DNA of 64,000 nt, taken from positions 14,439,237 to 14,503,236 of the forward strand of contig MU059330.1 of the NCBI GenBank assembly GCA_013265495.1, read 5' to 3'. Under the pieces are notes generated by a model that was not told the DNA's origin, ran no database searches, and was given only the letters and a program-made list of their open reading frames with translations. Of the stretch, positions 63,446-64,000 are shown piece after piece. A program made the position numbers and the translations under genes. The first letter of the stretch is position 1. Each line of letters opens with the position of its first letter. Source of the DNA: Vicugna vicugna (Eukaryota).

Positions 63446-64000
63446 AGACCAGGCCTGAGCCGAGCCAGATGACCAGTCAACGAAGGGGACTCAAAGTGTG
63501 AAGTTACAAGGTTTTAAAACAGAAACCTGGGGCAGTTCATTTCATTTTGCTTTTCTGAGAAAGAATAAGAAACGGTGACTGCGTGTTTATCGTCAGAATG
63601 GCTCAGGGAGGACTCAGAAGACCCATCTCTGTGACCAGCTCTCCCAGGCAGGGCAGGCGGACGCGCTGGACTCTGGGCCTGAGTGAGGCTGCAGGTTGCC
63701 TGGCTGCTGCCTCCCTCCTCCTCCCGCTGCCGCAGCCCTTCCAGCCTCTTTGGAGTCTCCTGAGGGGCCTTGTCCCTCCTCTCCAGCCCTGAGCGCAGAA
63801 ACCGCCTGGTGAAACCAGGCCAGGGAAGGGCCCAAGGCCGGGCACGTCTGTGGGGTTTGGTTTCTCCGAGAGGCCAGAGGCTACAGTGGCCCCTCGGCGA
63901 CGTGCCCATTTGTGTGAACATGGCCACAGCCTGGCCTGTGACCCGCTGGGCCCTGTGGTCCTGGGAAACGCCCAGGGTGGCAGGCTGTTGAGGGGCACTG

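Overview
GC-rich mammalian genomic window, probably camelid (inferred from tRNA-derived SINEs with the camelid-type AATTACCTCC tail). It holds two + strand genes in the order known from human 5p15.33. The first is a palmitoyltransferase ZDHHC11-like gene (coding exons 4612-36750, polyA signal 37408; best model 14 coding exons, 1539 nt, 512 aa). The second is TPPP/p25-alpha (CpG-island non-coding exon 1 ending 43314; coding exons 56912-62955; 221 aa; 3' UTR runs off the window). The rest is old L1, MLT1 LTRs, SINEs and simple repeats. The most notable observations concern ZDHHC11 splicing: a U12-type first intron, a repeated 35-nt-exon tail module whose third copy has lost its AG acceptor, a frame-compensating exon pair, and a terminal exon open in two frames. 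TPPP exon 3 also starts with a perfect 5' splice site. I found no clearly new gene system. Comparisons with human or bovine sequences are from memory and need an alignment to confirm.
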